Of a DNA stretch of 64,000 nucleotides, positions 19,048 to 27,468 are shown piece after piece. The DNA is from an uncultured Desulfobacterales bacterium (GTDB taxonomy: Bacteria; Myxococcota_A; UBA9160; JAFDET01): NCBI GenBank assembly GCA_964194905.1, contig CAXMOD010000074.1, forward strand, positions 3,940 through 67,939. The letters are read 5' to 3'. The notes under the pieces are model-generated. The model saw only the letters and a program-made list of their open reading frames with translations, was not told the DNA's origin and searched no databases. Each line of letters starts with the position of its first letter. The first letter of the stretch is position 1. The position numbers were made by a program, and so were the translations under genes.

Positions 19048-20709
19048 CTACTCGTCGAGGACGTGGAGCTCCAGGTGGGAAGGCTGGTCTGCGTCGTGGA
19101 AGAGGGTCTGGCGCGCGGGAGTGCCCTTCTCCGCAGTGGCGGGGTCCTCGCGCGTGTTGGGGTTGCGGTCGAAGCGCGGGAAGTTCGACGAAGAGATCTC
19201 GAGGCGCAGCCGGTGGCCGGCGGCCACGCGCGCCCCGGCGGCCCACAGGTCGATCTCCAGGCGCACGGGAACGTCGCGCTCGAGCCAGGTCGGCTCCTCG
19301 CCGCCCTCGCGCCAGCGGCAGCGCACGGCGCCCTCGGCCACGTTGATCGCCGTACCGTCGGGCGCCACGACCACGAGCTTGGCGGTGAAGTCCGTGTCCG
19401 GCGCGCTCGACGCCGCGTGGAGCACGCAGCGCAGCGGGCCCGCCACGAGCCTCGCGCGCATGCGGTTCGGGGGCTCGGTGAAGGTGAGCACGTCGGCGCG
19501 CGCTTCGACGCCGCGCTGGTCCACGGGACCACCGGGACCGATCAGCGCGCCGCCGCAGGTGGGAGCCGGGTCGTCGGGATCGTAGGTGAAGCGCGTCGGC
19601 TCTTCGGCGCCGGGCGGCTCCACGTCGAGCACGCCTCCGGCGCGCAGGTGGAGGCGCTCCACGCGCGCGTCGGGCGGCGGCCAGGCGCCGGCGTCGAGCC
19701 AGCGCTCCTCACCCCCCGCGCGGGCCACCGGGAGCAGGCGCACGGCAGGGGCCTCGCCTTCGTCTATGCCCAGCAGCTCGCGGTCGAGAAAGCGCAGCAT
19801 TTCGAGGACCGCAGCGCGCCCGAACCAGCGTGTGCGCGGCGACCAGGTGCGCTTCACGTAGCGCCCGTGGGACCAGGGCCCGAGCACCAGGCGTGTAGTG
19901 CCGGCGTCGGGGCTCGTCGCGAGCGCGGCGTGGTCGGCGAGCTGCGGACCGAGGAAGAAGTCCCACCAGCCGCCCACCAGAAGCGTCGCCGGTGCGCGGC
20001 TCACGTCGGGCCGGAAGGCCTGCCAGTACGCGTCGAGGCGCGGGTGGTCGAGCCAGTCCCGGTAGAAGTCGCGCCGGCGGATGGCGACCCGGTCTGCGGC
20101 GCGGATCGGGCGATGGCGCACGGCGCGCTCGAAGTCGATGCGCCGTTCCGGCAGCCCCTCGCGTTCACCGACCCCGGCCGCCCAGCGCAGCGCCGTCTCC
20201 AGCGAGAATGCGCCGCCGGGATAGAAGGCGTCATGGAGATTCGACGTGCCGATGCCGGCGGCGATCGCCTTCACCGGTTCCGGACAGGCCGCCTGGGCCG
20301 CCCATGCCGCGTAGGCCAGATAGGAGAACCCGACCAGGCCGACGCGACCGTCGCACCAACTCTGCTCCGCGGCCCAGGCTACGCAGCGCGCGCCGTCGGC
20401 GCCTTCGTTCACGAACGGGGTGAACGTCCCCTCGGAGGCGTAGCGGCCGCGCACGTCCTGCACTACCGCCGCGTGACCGGCTTCCGCAAAGACGCGTGCC
20501 AGCAGGAACATGGGCGTGGCCAGGCCGCGGGATCCGTAGGGCGTGCGCAGCAGCACGGCCGGCGCGCGCTCCACCCCGGTGGGACGCCACACCGTAGTCG
20601 CGAGGCGCACGCCGTCGGCCATCTCGACCCAGCGTGTATCCGTGGTGATGGAGCGGTGGCGCCGCGGCGGAAGGTCGAGCGCCCAGCGGAGGAGGCCCGA
20701 TGCGCTCAA
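19048..20709 (-). CDS. CocE/NonD-family (S15-like) alpha/beta hydrolase
   Basis: Motifs MADGVRLATTVWRP, RTPYGSRG and GFSYLAYAAW (nucleophile elbow), plus a C-terminal beta-domain. I propose the TTG start at 20709, forming a TTGA overlap with the upstream stop. The conservative alternative is the ATG at 20622. The remainder of track ORF 19048..21003 overlaps the upstream gene. Confidence 0.8.
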   Translation of the reverse strand: MSASGLLRWALDLPPRRHRSITTDTRWVEMADGVRLATTVWRPTGVERAPAVLLRTPYGSRGLATPMFLLARVFAEAGHAAVVQDVRGRYASEGTFTPFVNEGADGARCVAWAAEQSWCDGRVGLVGFSYLAYAAWAAQAACPEPVKAIAAGIGTSNLHDAFYPGGAFSLETALRWAAGVGEREGLPERRIDFERAVRHRPIRAADRVAIRRRDFYRDWLDHPRLDAYWQAFRPDVSRAPATLLVGGWWDFFLGPQLADHAALATSPDAGTTRLVLGPWSHGRYVKRTWSPRTRWFGRAAVLEMLRFLDRELLGIDEGEAPAVRLLPVARAGGEERWLDAGAWPPPDARVERLHLRAGGVLDVEPPGAEEPTRFTYDPDDPAPTCGGALIGPGGPVDQRGVEARADVLTFTEPPNRMRARLVAGPLRCVLHAASSAPDTDFTAKLVVVAPDGTAINVAEGAVRCRWREGGEEPTWLERDVPVRLEIDLWAAGARVAAGHRLRLEISSSNFPRFDRNPNTREDPATAEKGTPARQTLFHDADQPSHLELHVLDE

Positions 20710-21995
20710 GCGCGCAACGTTTCCGTTCGGATGTGGTACACGCGCAGTCCCGCCTGCACGTGGGTCCCCACCGCGAGGTAGGCGAGCACCGCTTCCACGT
20801 GACCCGTAGCGCCGGCGATGAGCGCGAGGAACAGGCGCCCGTCGCGGCCCAGCAGGAACCAGCGCGCGCGGCCCTCGCTCTCGTCGGCGTAGCGCCGCCG
20901 GAACTGGGTGCCGTACTTCTCCTTCACCAACATCGAGAGGCTGTTGCCCGCCATCGCGCCGAAGCCGAGCACGATGGCCGACGATCCGGCGCCGAGCGCC
21001 CACGCCCAGAGCGTCATCCCGCCGATCAGGAACGTCTCACCGACGCGGTCGAGGATGGCGTCGTAGAGCCCGCCGAAGGGCGAGTCCTGGTAGCGGATGT
21101 GGGCCACCTCGCCTTCCACACCGTCGATGACCGAGGCGCTCTGGGCCAGCAACCCACCCGTCAGCCCGTGCCCCATTGCGAAGGAGATGCCGGCACCCAT
21201 CGTGCCGAGGAACGACGCCACCGAGATCTGCCACGGCTTGACGTTGCGCGACACCAGGCGCTCGGTGATGCGCCGGGAGAGGGGACGGTTCAGGTGGCGC
21301 GCGACCATGCCGTCGGCAACGCCGACGGCGCCGGCGAGGATCTTGCGCCGGGCGAGGGGCACGTCCGCCTCGCAGCGCACCTCCTGCCACAGCTCGGCCA
21401 CGCTCCACGGCTTTACCGGCTCGCGCGCCGCCAGCGTGGTGAACGCCTGCGCCAGCGAGCGCTTCTCGGGGAGCTGCTCGTCGAGCACCCGGGCGAAGCC
21501 GGGCGTGACCAGCGCCAGCCCGGTGAGGACGGCGTCGGCGCCCACCAGGGACTCGGCGGCCATGCGCAGGGTCTCGCCGCCCGGCCAGAACGCCGCGCGC
21601 GCGGCGCCCTCGTGGGCGGCGAGCGCGTCCTCGCGCAGGTCCACCGCCACCCGTGCGCCCACCTCGGCGTGGGTTCCCTCGACGAAGCGTGCGATCAGGC
21701 GGCGGTCGAGGTGCGAGTCGGTCGCCGCGACGAAGACCGGCTCACCCGAGCCAAGGGCGCCCGACAGGTTCTCCACGGCGCGCACGCGCGCGCGTCGGCA
21801 GGGACCCTCGTGCAACAGCGCGTACACGCGCCGCGCTTCGTCGGGATCGCCGGTGACGAGAAACTCGCGGACGCCGGCGCGCAGGAACGCCAGGACGGTC
21901 CGCTCGACCGGCTGAAGTGTGAAGATGGGGGTGCGCTGGGCCGGTCCGGAGCCGGTCGCAAACAGGACGCAGCGTCGCCGGTCAGGCGTCTCCAT
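20706..21995 (-). CDS. Bifunctional IPCT/DIPPS-like protein: N-terminal nucleotidyltransferase-like domain fused to a membrane CDP-alcohol phosphatidyltransferase domain
   Basis: 429 aa. The C-terminal polytopic domain carries the CDP-alcohol transferase signature in the DIPPS-like form IDGVEGEVAH-x8-FGGLYDAILDR. The linker ADGMVARHLNRPLSRRI..KPWQISVASFL parallels archaeal IPCT/DIPPS. The N-terminal loop VLFATGSGPAQRTP is a divergent version of the GxGTRxxxxPK motif. Overlaps the MIPS gene by 14 nt. Confidence 0.75.
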   Translation of the reverse strand: METPDRRRCVLFATGSGPAQRTPIFTLQPVERTVLAFLRAGVREFLVTGDPDEARRVYALLHEGPCRRARVRAVENLSGALGSGEPVFVAATDSHLDRRLIARFVEGTHAEVGARVAVDLREDALAAHEGAARAAFWPGGETLRMAAESLVGADAVLTGLALVTPGFARVLDEQLPEKRSLAQAFTTLAAREPVKPWSVAELWQEVRCEADVPLARRKILAGAVGVADGMVARHLNRPLSRRITERLVSRNVKPWQISVASFLGTMGAGISFAMGHGLTGGLLAQSASVIDGVEGEVAHIRYQDSPFGGLYDAILDRVGETFLIGGMTLWAWALGAGSSAIVLGFGAMAGNSLSMLVKEKYGTQFRRRYADESEGRARWFLLGRDGRLFLALIAGATGHVEAVLAYLAVGTHVQAGLRVYHIRTETLRA

Positions 21996-23115
21996 CGGTG
22001 AGGAACTCTTCGATCCTCCGCGCAGCCTCCACGTCGTGCATCTGCACGGGCGGGTGCTTCATCGTGTACGCGGAGATCGGCAGCTGGGGTCCCGCGAGTC
22101 CGCGATCGCGGGCCAGCTTGATGTAGCGGATGATGTCGATCACGATGCCCGCCGAGTTGGGCGAGTCCTGCACGGACAGGCGCGCCTCCAGCTCGATCGG
22201 TGCTCCACCGAAGCCCTTGCCCTCGATGCGCAGGAAGCAGAGCTTGTTGTCCTTCTGCCACGGCACGTAGTCGCTGGGGCCGATGTGGACGTTGTCTGCT
22301 CCGATGTCGTAGGGGATCTGCGAGGTGACGGCCTCGGTCTTCGAGATCTTCTTCGACTTGAGGCGCTGGCGCTCCAGCATGTTGAGGAAGTCCGTGTTGC
22401 CGCCGGTGTTGAGCTGGTAGGTCCGCTCCACCTTCACGCCGCGGTCGGCGAAGAGCTTCACCGCCATGCGGTGCAGGATGGTGGCGCCCAGCTGGCTCTT
22501 GATGTCGTCGCCAGCGCAGGGAATGCCCGCTGCGCGGAAGCGCTCCCCCCACTGGGGGTCCGACACGATGAAGACCGGCACGCAGTTGACGAGCGAGACG
22601 CCCGTCGCGAGGCACGCTTCGGCGTAGCCCTGGACCGCCTTCTCCGAGCCGACCGGCAGGTAGGAGAGCAGGATGTCGGCGCCGGTCTCTTCCAGCACCT
22701 TGGCCACGTCCACCGGCTTCTCGTCCGAGGCGCGGAAGGCCTTGTCCGGCGGGTAGTCCGCCATATGGGCGGCGATCCCGTCGTGGATCGGCGCCATCTG
22801 GACCGCCACGTCGCTCTTCGCGACGGAATCTGCGATGACCGAGGTGCAGTTCGGAGCCGCGAAGGCCGCCTCGTGGATGGGCTTTCCGACCTTGCGCACG
22901 TCGATGTCGAACGCCGCTACCACCTCGACGTCGGCCGGCCGGTAGCCGCCCATGTCGAGATGCATCAAGCCCCAGGCTTCCTGGGCCTCGGCCGGCACGC
23001 CGCGGTAGTGGTCGATGCCTTGCAGCAGCGAGCTCGCACAGTTGCCCAGTCCGGCGATGGCAATGCGCACGCGGCGCTCGCCCCCGGTTCCCCCACCCGT
23101 GGTCTTGTTCGTCAT
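21982..23115 (-). CDS. ino1: myo-Inositol-1-phosphate (inositol-3-phosphate) synthase
   Basis: 377 aa. N-terminal VRIAIAGLGNCASSLLQGI plus full-length resemblance to bacterial/archaeal MIPS (GDDIKSQLGAT, NTGGNTDF). Confidence 0.92.
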   Translation of the reverse strand: MTNKTTGGGTGGERRVRIAIAGLGNCASSLLQGIDHYRGVPAEAQEAWGLMHLDMGGYRPADVEVVAAFDIDVRKVGKPIHEAAFAAPNCTSVIADSVAKSDVAVQMAPIHDGIAAHMADYPPDKAFRASDEKPVDVAKVLEETGADILLSYLPVGSEKAVQGYAEACLATGVSLVNCVPVFIVSDPQWGERFRAAGIPCAGDDIKSQLGATILHRMAVKLFADRGVKVERTYQLNTGGNTDFLNMLERQRLKSKKISKTEAVTSQIPYDIGADNVHIGPSDYVPWQKDNKLCFLRIEGKGFGGAPIELEARLSVQDSPNSAGIVIDIIRYIKLARDRGLAGPQLPISAYTMKHPPVQMHDVEAARRIEEFLTDGDA

Positions 23116-23158
23116 GGTCCCGGACTCTACGGGCCCGCCCAGGGGGGGTCAAGCGAAC

Positions 23159-23174
23159 GTGACGGGCCCGTCAC
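23159..23174. repeat. Perfect 16-nt palindrome GTGACGGGCCCGTCAC
   Basis: Self-complementary over all 16 nt. Spans the stop codon of the 23171..24343 gene and lies 44 nt upstream of the MIPS start codon on the minus strand. Confidence 0.9.
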
Positions 23175-24343
23175 TCCGCCGCCGCGGACGTCTCCGCGGG
23201 CTCTTCCGGGGGGAGTTCCCCTCGAAGATTGGCGCCCACGCGGAAGAGTCGGGCCAGCGGCGTCCGGCGCAGAACCTCCGTTGGATCGAGGCCATGGGCC
23301 TCGGCCAGGTGCTCGAGCCCGCTGCTGGCGAGCTCCGCCGCTCGCTCGATGGCGCGGGGGCTGGACTCGGCGTCGCCCAGGGGCATGCGGTCGGCCACGG
23401 CCACCGAGTTCGAGAGACCCAGCAGGGCGTAGAGGAAGGTGCTGCGGCGGTCCGAGTCGAGCTCCGCAGCGGCCCGGAAGACCAGAAGGCGGGCATCCGG
23501 CGCCACCGGCAGCTCGGGCTGCAGGACCGGGAGACGCCCTGTCTCCGTGTCGAGCGCGTGGGCATCCGCGGGCAGGTCGCCGAGCTGCTCCGGGGGCAGG
23601 TGGGAGTAGAGGGCGAGCACGGCCTGGCTGCGCGGCGGGAAGCCGAGGTCCTCGAGGCGGCCATCGCGCCAGCGCTCCGCCCAGACCGCGGTCTCCTCGT
23701 CCAGTTCCCAGATGGCGCCCTGCATGAGCCGGAAGTAGAGCCAGTAGTCGCCGCTGAAGAGCGCGTGCATGAGCCGGGTGAGCGCGGCGACGTCGTCGCC
23801 CTCGTGGAGTGGCCGCCAGTAGAACTGGCCTTCGAGCGTCCGGCTTTGGGCAGGAGGCTGCCAGTCCTGGTCGTCGTTCGGCGGCTTCAGCCACACCTCG
23901 ATGCGCGAGCGCAGCTCGAGCACCAGGAGCTCCGCGTCGAGCGCCTGCGCGGCACGCAGCAAGGCGGGGTCCCCCGCCTCCGCCAGCACCTCGAGCCAGT
24001 TGCCCAGCGCGACGGTGTCGAGTGTGTCCGCATTCCACGCGTCCAGGTCCACCGCCGCCACGATCTGCTCCGGGGTGGCCAGCTCCAGGATCCAGGCGGC
24101 GTCCGAGACGCCGAGTTCCTTCACCGTGAAGCAGAGCTCCGCCTCGGGGAGCAGCGGGATCAGCTTCTCGGGCTCGCCGGCCAGGTCGAGCAGTTCGCGG
24201 CGCCGGTTGAGGGGCGAGCGGCAGATGAGTTCCACCTGGGCCTCGGGGGAGAGGTCCGAGAACGCGGCTCGGGCGGCAGGCTTGTCGCGCCGTGCCAGCC
24301 CGAGGATGCGCCGGGCTTCGGCCGGAAGCGTGGGGAGGGACAT
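23171..24343 (-). CDS. Conserved-looking hypothetical protein (acidic, helical; no family recognised)
   Basis: 390-aa ORF with saturated GC3. No TM segments and no motif I can assign. Confidence 0.75.
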   Translation of the reverse strand: MSLPTLPAEARRILGLARRDKPAARAAFSDLSPEAQVELICRSPLNRRRELLDLAGEPEKLIPLLPEAELCFTVKELGVSDAAWILELATPEQIVAAVDLDAWNADTLDTVALGNWLEVLAEAGDPALLRAAQALDAELLVLELRSRIEVWLKPPNDDQDWQPPAQSRTLEGQFYWRPLHEGDDVAALTRLMHALFSGDYWLYFRLMQGAIWELDEETAVWAERWRDGRLEDLGFPPRSQAVLALYSHLPPEQLGDLPADAHALDTETGRLPVLQPELPVAPDARLLVFRAAAELDSDRRSTFLYALLGLSNSVAVADRMPLGDAESSPRAIERAAELASSGLEHLAEAHGLDPTEVLRRTPLARLFRVGANLRGELPPEEPAETSAAAE

Positions 24344-24512
24344 GGGCCTGCGGAGGGTAACGGACGCAAGGACGCCGAGTGGTCGGGCGCCATCGGGCGC
24401 CGGGCGGGGTGGTATGCTGCTGCGCCCTCGGCGCTGGGGCCGGGGCGGGTCGAGCCGGGATCGGGCCAGGATCGAGCCAGGCTCGACCGGGGATCAGAGA
24501 GGAAGGAGAGCG

Positions 24513-25967
24513 ATGCGACGGCTGTGGAGCGCAGCGGCGGGAGTGCCGTTGGGAGTCCTGGCTGCGCTCGCTCTGGCGGGGGTGGGCGGGTCCGCTCCGG
24601 CGATCGGTGCGGTTGCCGGCGCCCTGCTGCTTCCGGCGCTGGTGTGGATCATCGGGCGTGGCGGTCGGGAGGCCGCGCTGGCGGCGACCGCCCAGGCGGG
24701 CTGGCTCGCGCTCCCTGCGGCGATCGCGGCTTGGCTCGGTCTGGCACCCGGCGCCGTGGTCCTGCTGGTCCTGGTGGGGGTGGTGGTGCTGGCCTCGCTC
24801 CTCCTCGGTTGGCGCGAGGGGCGTGGTCCCGCCGCGAGCGCCGCCGCGTTCCTGGTCGCAGGCTGCGTGGGGGTTCCGGCGCTGGCGGGGTTCCTGGCGG
24901 CGCGGGGGGCGGTGCAGCCTTCCTTCAGCGAGGGAACCGCCGCAGTCATCTACGGGGTGGACGCGCGAGTAGCGACGCGTGCGCTCCCGGCCTGCGGCGA
25001 AGGGCCCGCCCGCGTGGAGACGCTGCTCGAGCGCGGTGCGCATCCGAGTCTTTCGCAAGAGGGCGCGCAGCTCTGGTTCGACGCTCCGGCCGACGATCGC
25101 GACGGCGCGCGCCAGATCCACCGCCTCGATCTCGCGAGCCGCGCCGTCTTCTGCATCAGCTGCGGCGAGGCCGGCAACAACCGGCGCCCCGCTCCGAGCC
25201 CGACGGGCAGCGTCGTCGTCTTCGATACCGACCGCCATGCCGATCGCAGCGCGCCCGCCAATACGGAGATCCACCACCTGCGCGTGGTCTCCGGTATCGC
25301 GCCGCGCGGCTCCCGACGCCTGACCGCTTCGCCGGGGCGCGACGACCATCCCATCCTGGACCCGGGCGGACGCGGCGTGGTCTGGTCGCACGGCAGTGAC
25401 GGGCGCTTCGCGGTGGTTTCGGCGGGCTTCCGCACCGGCCACGGCGCGCTGCTTCTGGCCGATCCGTCTCCGATCCTTCCGGGCGGTGCAGCCTGGGCCG
25501 CTCCGGTCGCCTGGTCCCCGGACGCGCGTGGCCTGGCCTGGGTGCGCGGGAATCCGTTGGGTCCGATGTCGGGCAGCCGCCTCGATCCTGCCACCGCGCG
25601 GATCGACGAGTTGGGCGACGGCCTGGGCGCCGGTGCCGTGGCCTATTCCGCTGACGGAGGACGCGTGGTCGTCGCCAGCGCTGGCGGTGCTGCGGGCGCC
25701 GGGCGCCTGCCCGCGTTCCTGGGATTCGCGCTGGGCGTCCTGCCCGCCGCGTTCGAGCCCGCATCCACGGCCGCTCCCACGCGCTTGCGCACCGGGCCGG
25801 CTCGGCTCGCCCCGCTCCACGACGTGGATCTCGGCGAAGCAGCGGCCTGGGGAGCGCCGAGCGGTGTCGCGCTATCGCCCGACGGCACCTGGCTGGTGCT
25901 CGCTCAGCGAGACGCTTCTGGCCGCGAGCGCCTGCTTCGTGTGACACTGGATTGCGCCATCCCGTAG
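24513..25967 (+). CDS. Membrane protein with N-terminal TM bundle and C-terminal TolB/PD40-like beta-propeller repeats
   Basis: GGAAGGAGAG SD before the ATG at 24513, in frame with track ORF 23901..25967. 4-5 hydrophobic helices, followed by repeated SPDG/SADG-type blades (WSPDARGLAWV, YSADGGRVVVA, LSPDGTWLVLA). Confidence 0.75.
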   Translation: MRRLWSAAAGVPLGVLAALALAGVGGSAPAIGAVAGALLLPALVWIIGRGGREAALAATAQAGWLALPAAIAAWLGLAPGAVVLLVLVGVVVLASLLLGWREGRGPAASAAAFLVAGCVGVPALAGFLAARGAVQPSFSEGTAAVIYGVDARVATRALPACGEGPARVETLLERGAHPSLSQEGAQLWFDAPADDRDGARQIHRLDLASRAVFCISCGEAGNNRRPAPSPTGSVVVFDTDRHADRSAPANTEIHHLRVVSGIAPRGSRRLTASPGRDDHPILDPGGRGVVWSHGSDGRFAVVSAGFRTGHGALLLADPSPILPGGAAWAAPVAWSPDARGLAWVRGNPLGPMSGSRLDPATARIDELGDGLGAGAVAYSADGGRVVVASAGGAAGAGRLPAFLGFALGVLPAAFEPASTAAPTRLRTGPARLAPLHDVDLGEAAAWGAPSGVALSPDGTWLVLAQRDASGRERLLRVTLDCAIP

Positions 25968-26042
25968 CTCCGGAGTCGCCCATGCGAGCCGCCCTCTCGG
26001 CGCTGGAGGTTTCGGCCGGACCCTGAGAGCTATCCTGATCGC

Positions 26043-26657
26043 GTGCCGCACCTAGACGACATCCGCGCCGCGTTGGAGGCGCATCGCCCGGAGCTGCGCG
26101 AGGCCCCGGGTCGGGCAGCGGTGGCCATGGTGTTGCGCGGCGCGCCGGAGGAGCCGGAGGTGCTCTTCATCGAGCGCGCGGAGCACCCGGAGGATCCCTG
26201 GTCCGGGCACATGGCCTTCCCCGGGGGTCGCATGGAGCCGGCCGACGCCGGGCCCCACGCGGCCGCCGAGCGCGAGACGCTGGAAGAGGTCGGTCTGTGC
26301 CTGGAGGGTGCGGAGCGCCTGGGTCGGCTCGACGACCTGGAGGGACGCCACGCGGGAAGGTCGGCCGGGCTGGTGATCTCGGCGTTCGTCTATCACCTGC
26401 CCGAGACGCCGGAGCTCGCTCCCAACCATGAGGTCCGCGAAGCGTTGTGGCTTCCGCTGCGCGAGCTGCGCGCGGACGAGCGCCACATCGACTTCCGCTT
26501 TCCGCGCCTTCCGGAATCGATGCCGGCCTACCCGGGCATCGTGGTGGGCCACCCGACGCGGCAGGTGGTGTGGGGCCTCACCTACCGCTTCGTCGAGGTG
26601 TTCTTCGAGATCGTCGGCCGGCCGCTGCCGGATCGTTGGGAAGCGCTTCAGGCGTAG
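26043..26657 (+). CDS. NUDIX hydrolase (CoA pyrophosphatase-like)
   Basis: 204 aa, GTG start. Nudix box GGRMEPADAGPHAAAERETLEEVGL. Confidence 0.85.
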   Translation: MPHLDDIRAALEAHRPELREAPGRAAVAMVLRGAPEEPEVLFIERAEHPEDPWSGHMAFPGGRMEPADAGPHAAAERETLEEVGLCLEGAERLGRLDDLEGRHAGRSAGLVISAFVYHLPETPELAPNHEVREALWLPLRELRADERHIDFRFPRLPESMPAYPGIVVGHPTRQVVWGLTYRFVEVFFEIVGRPLPDRWEALQA

Positions 26658-26705
26658 CCGCTGGTTGGGCCCTCCGGGCCCGACCGCTGGGCGGCCCTCC
26701 GGGCC
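26658..26705. repeat. Two tandem copies of a ~23-nt unit, each ending in a small GGCCC-TCC-GGGCC hairpin
   Basis: CCGCTGGTTGGGCCCTCCGGGCC, then CGA, then CCGCTGGGCGGCCCTCCGGGCC. They fill the convergent spacer between the NUDIX gene and the ACT-domain gene. Confidence 0.7.
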
Positions 26706-27241
26706 TAGGGTGTCTCCAGTGACACGTCGATCACCAGCAGGTTGGCCTGGGCGACGAGAGCCGCGCGGAGCGCCTCTTCGTCGGCGCGCTGGGGCAGCTC
26801 GGCGACGATCTCCATCTCGTAGTGGGGCTCGCCGCCCGGTCCGGGACGGGTGCGACTCGTGAGCTCCGCGATGTTCACGCCGTGCTCCGCGAGCGTGCGG
26901 CACACGCCTGCCACGATGCCCGCCTTGTCCTGGCCGGCGGCGCGCACGAGGCGCACGCGTGCGTTCTCGCTGGGCGGCTCGCTGCGCGGCCCCTCCTCGA
27001 GCGGGCGGAGCAGGACGGTGAGGCCGTGGTCGCGCTCCAGGCGCTTGGCGCCGAGCGCGAGGCGCCCGGCCGTCTCGGGCACGGCGTGGGAGCCGAGCAG
27101 GATCACCGCGAAGTCGCTCCCGAGGATGGTCATGCGCGAATCCTCGAGGTTGGCGTCGCAGTCGAAGATGAGCTGGGCCAGCTCGGCCACCAGCCCGGGG
27201 CGATCGCGTCCGATCGCCGAGAGAACGAACCAGCTCTTCAT
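26705..27241 (-). CDS. Tandem ACT-domain protein (GcvR/glycine-cleavage-repressor-like)
   Basis: The last 178 codons of track ORF 26705..27892. GGAGGAACC SD before the ATG at 27241. Two ACT-like repeats (VLSAIGRDRPGLVAELAQ.. and VRAAGQDKAGIVAGVCRTLAE..). Confidence 0.8.
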   Translation of the reverse strand: MKSWFVLSAIGRDRPGLVAELAQLIFDCDANLEDSRMTILGSDFAVILLGSHAVPETAGRLALGAKRLERDHGLTVLLRPLEEGPRSEPPSENARVRLVRAAGQDKAGIVAGVCRTLAEHGVNIAELTSRTRPGPGGEPHYEMEIVAELPQRADEEALRAALVAQANLLVIDVSLETP

Positions 27242-27444
27242 AGGTTCCTCCGGGCCTCGTAGCCCGGACACTCCCGGACCGGGAGCGGCGGGTAGCGGCG
27301 GTACGAGGCGTCGGTGTCCGCGCGTTTGCAGCGCCAGAACCCCTGGCCCTTGGCGCTGGTCTGCGTCAGCACGTGGGCGCAGGCCGAGCAGAGACCCACT
27401 TCGGGAAGCGGCACGTCGCGAAGCGGGTCCCTCGGCTTCGGCAT
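27238..27444 (-). CDS. Small cysteine-rich hypothetical protein (CxxC ... C ... C, possible Zn/Fe-S ribbon)
   Basis: 68 aa with high GC3. Cys pattern LCSACAH..WRCKR..VRECPGY. ATGA overlap with the ACT-domain gene. Confidence 0.65.
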   Translation of the reverse strand: MPKPRDPLRDVPLPEVGLCSACAHVLTQTSAKGQGFWRCKRADTDASYRRYPPLPVRECPGYEARRNL

Positions 27445-27468
27445 CCCGGCATTCTACAATCGCAGCTC

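Noticed and set aside
20710-21003. Upstream extension of the CocE/NonD ORF (track ORF 19048..21003)
   Set aside because: It would overlap ~300 nt of the well-supported IPCT/DIPPS-like gene in another frame. The family N-terminus begins near the TTG at 20709 or the ATG at 20622.
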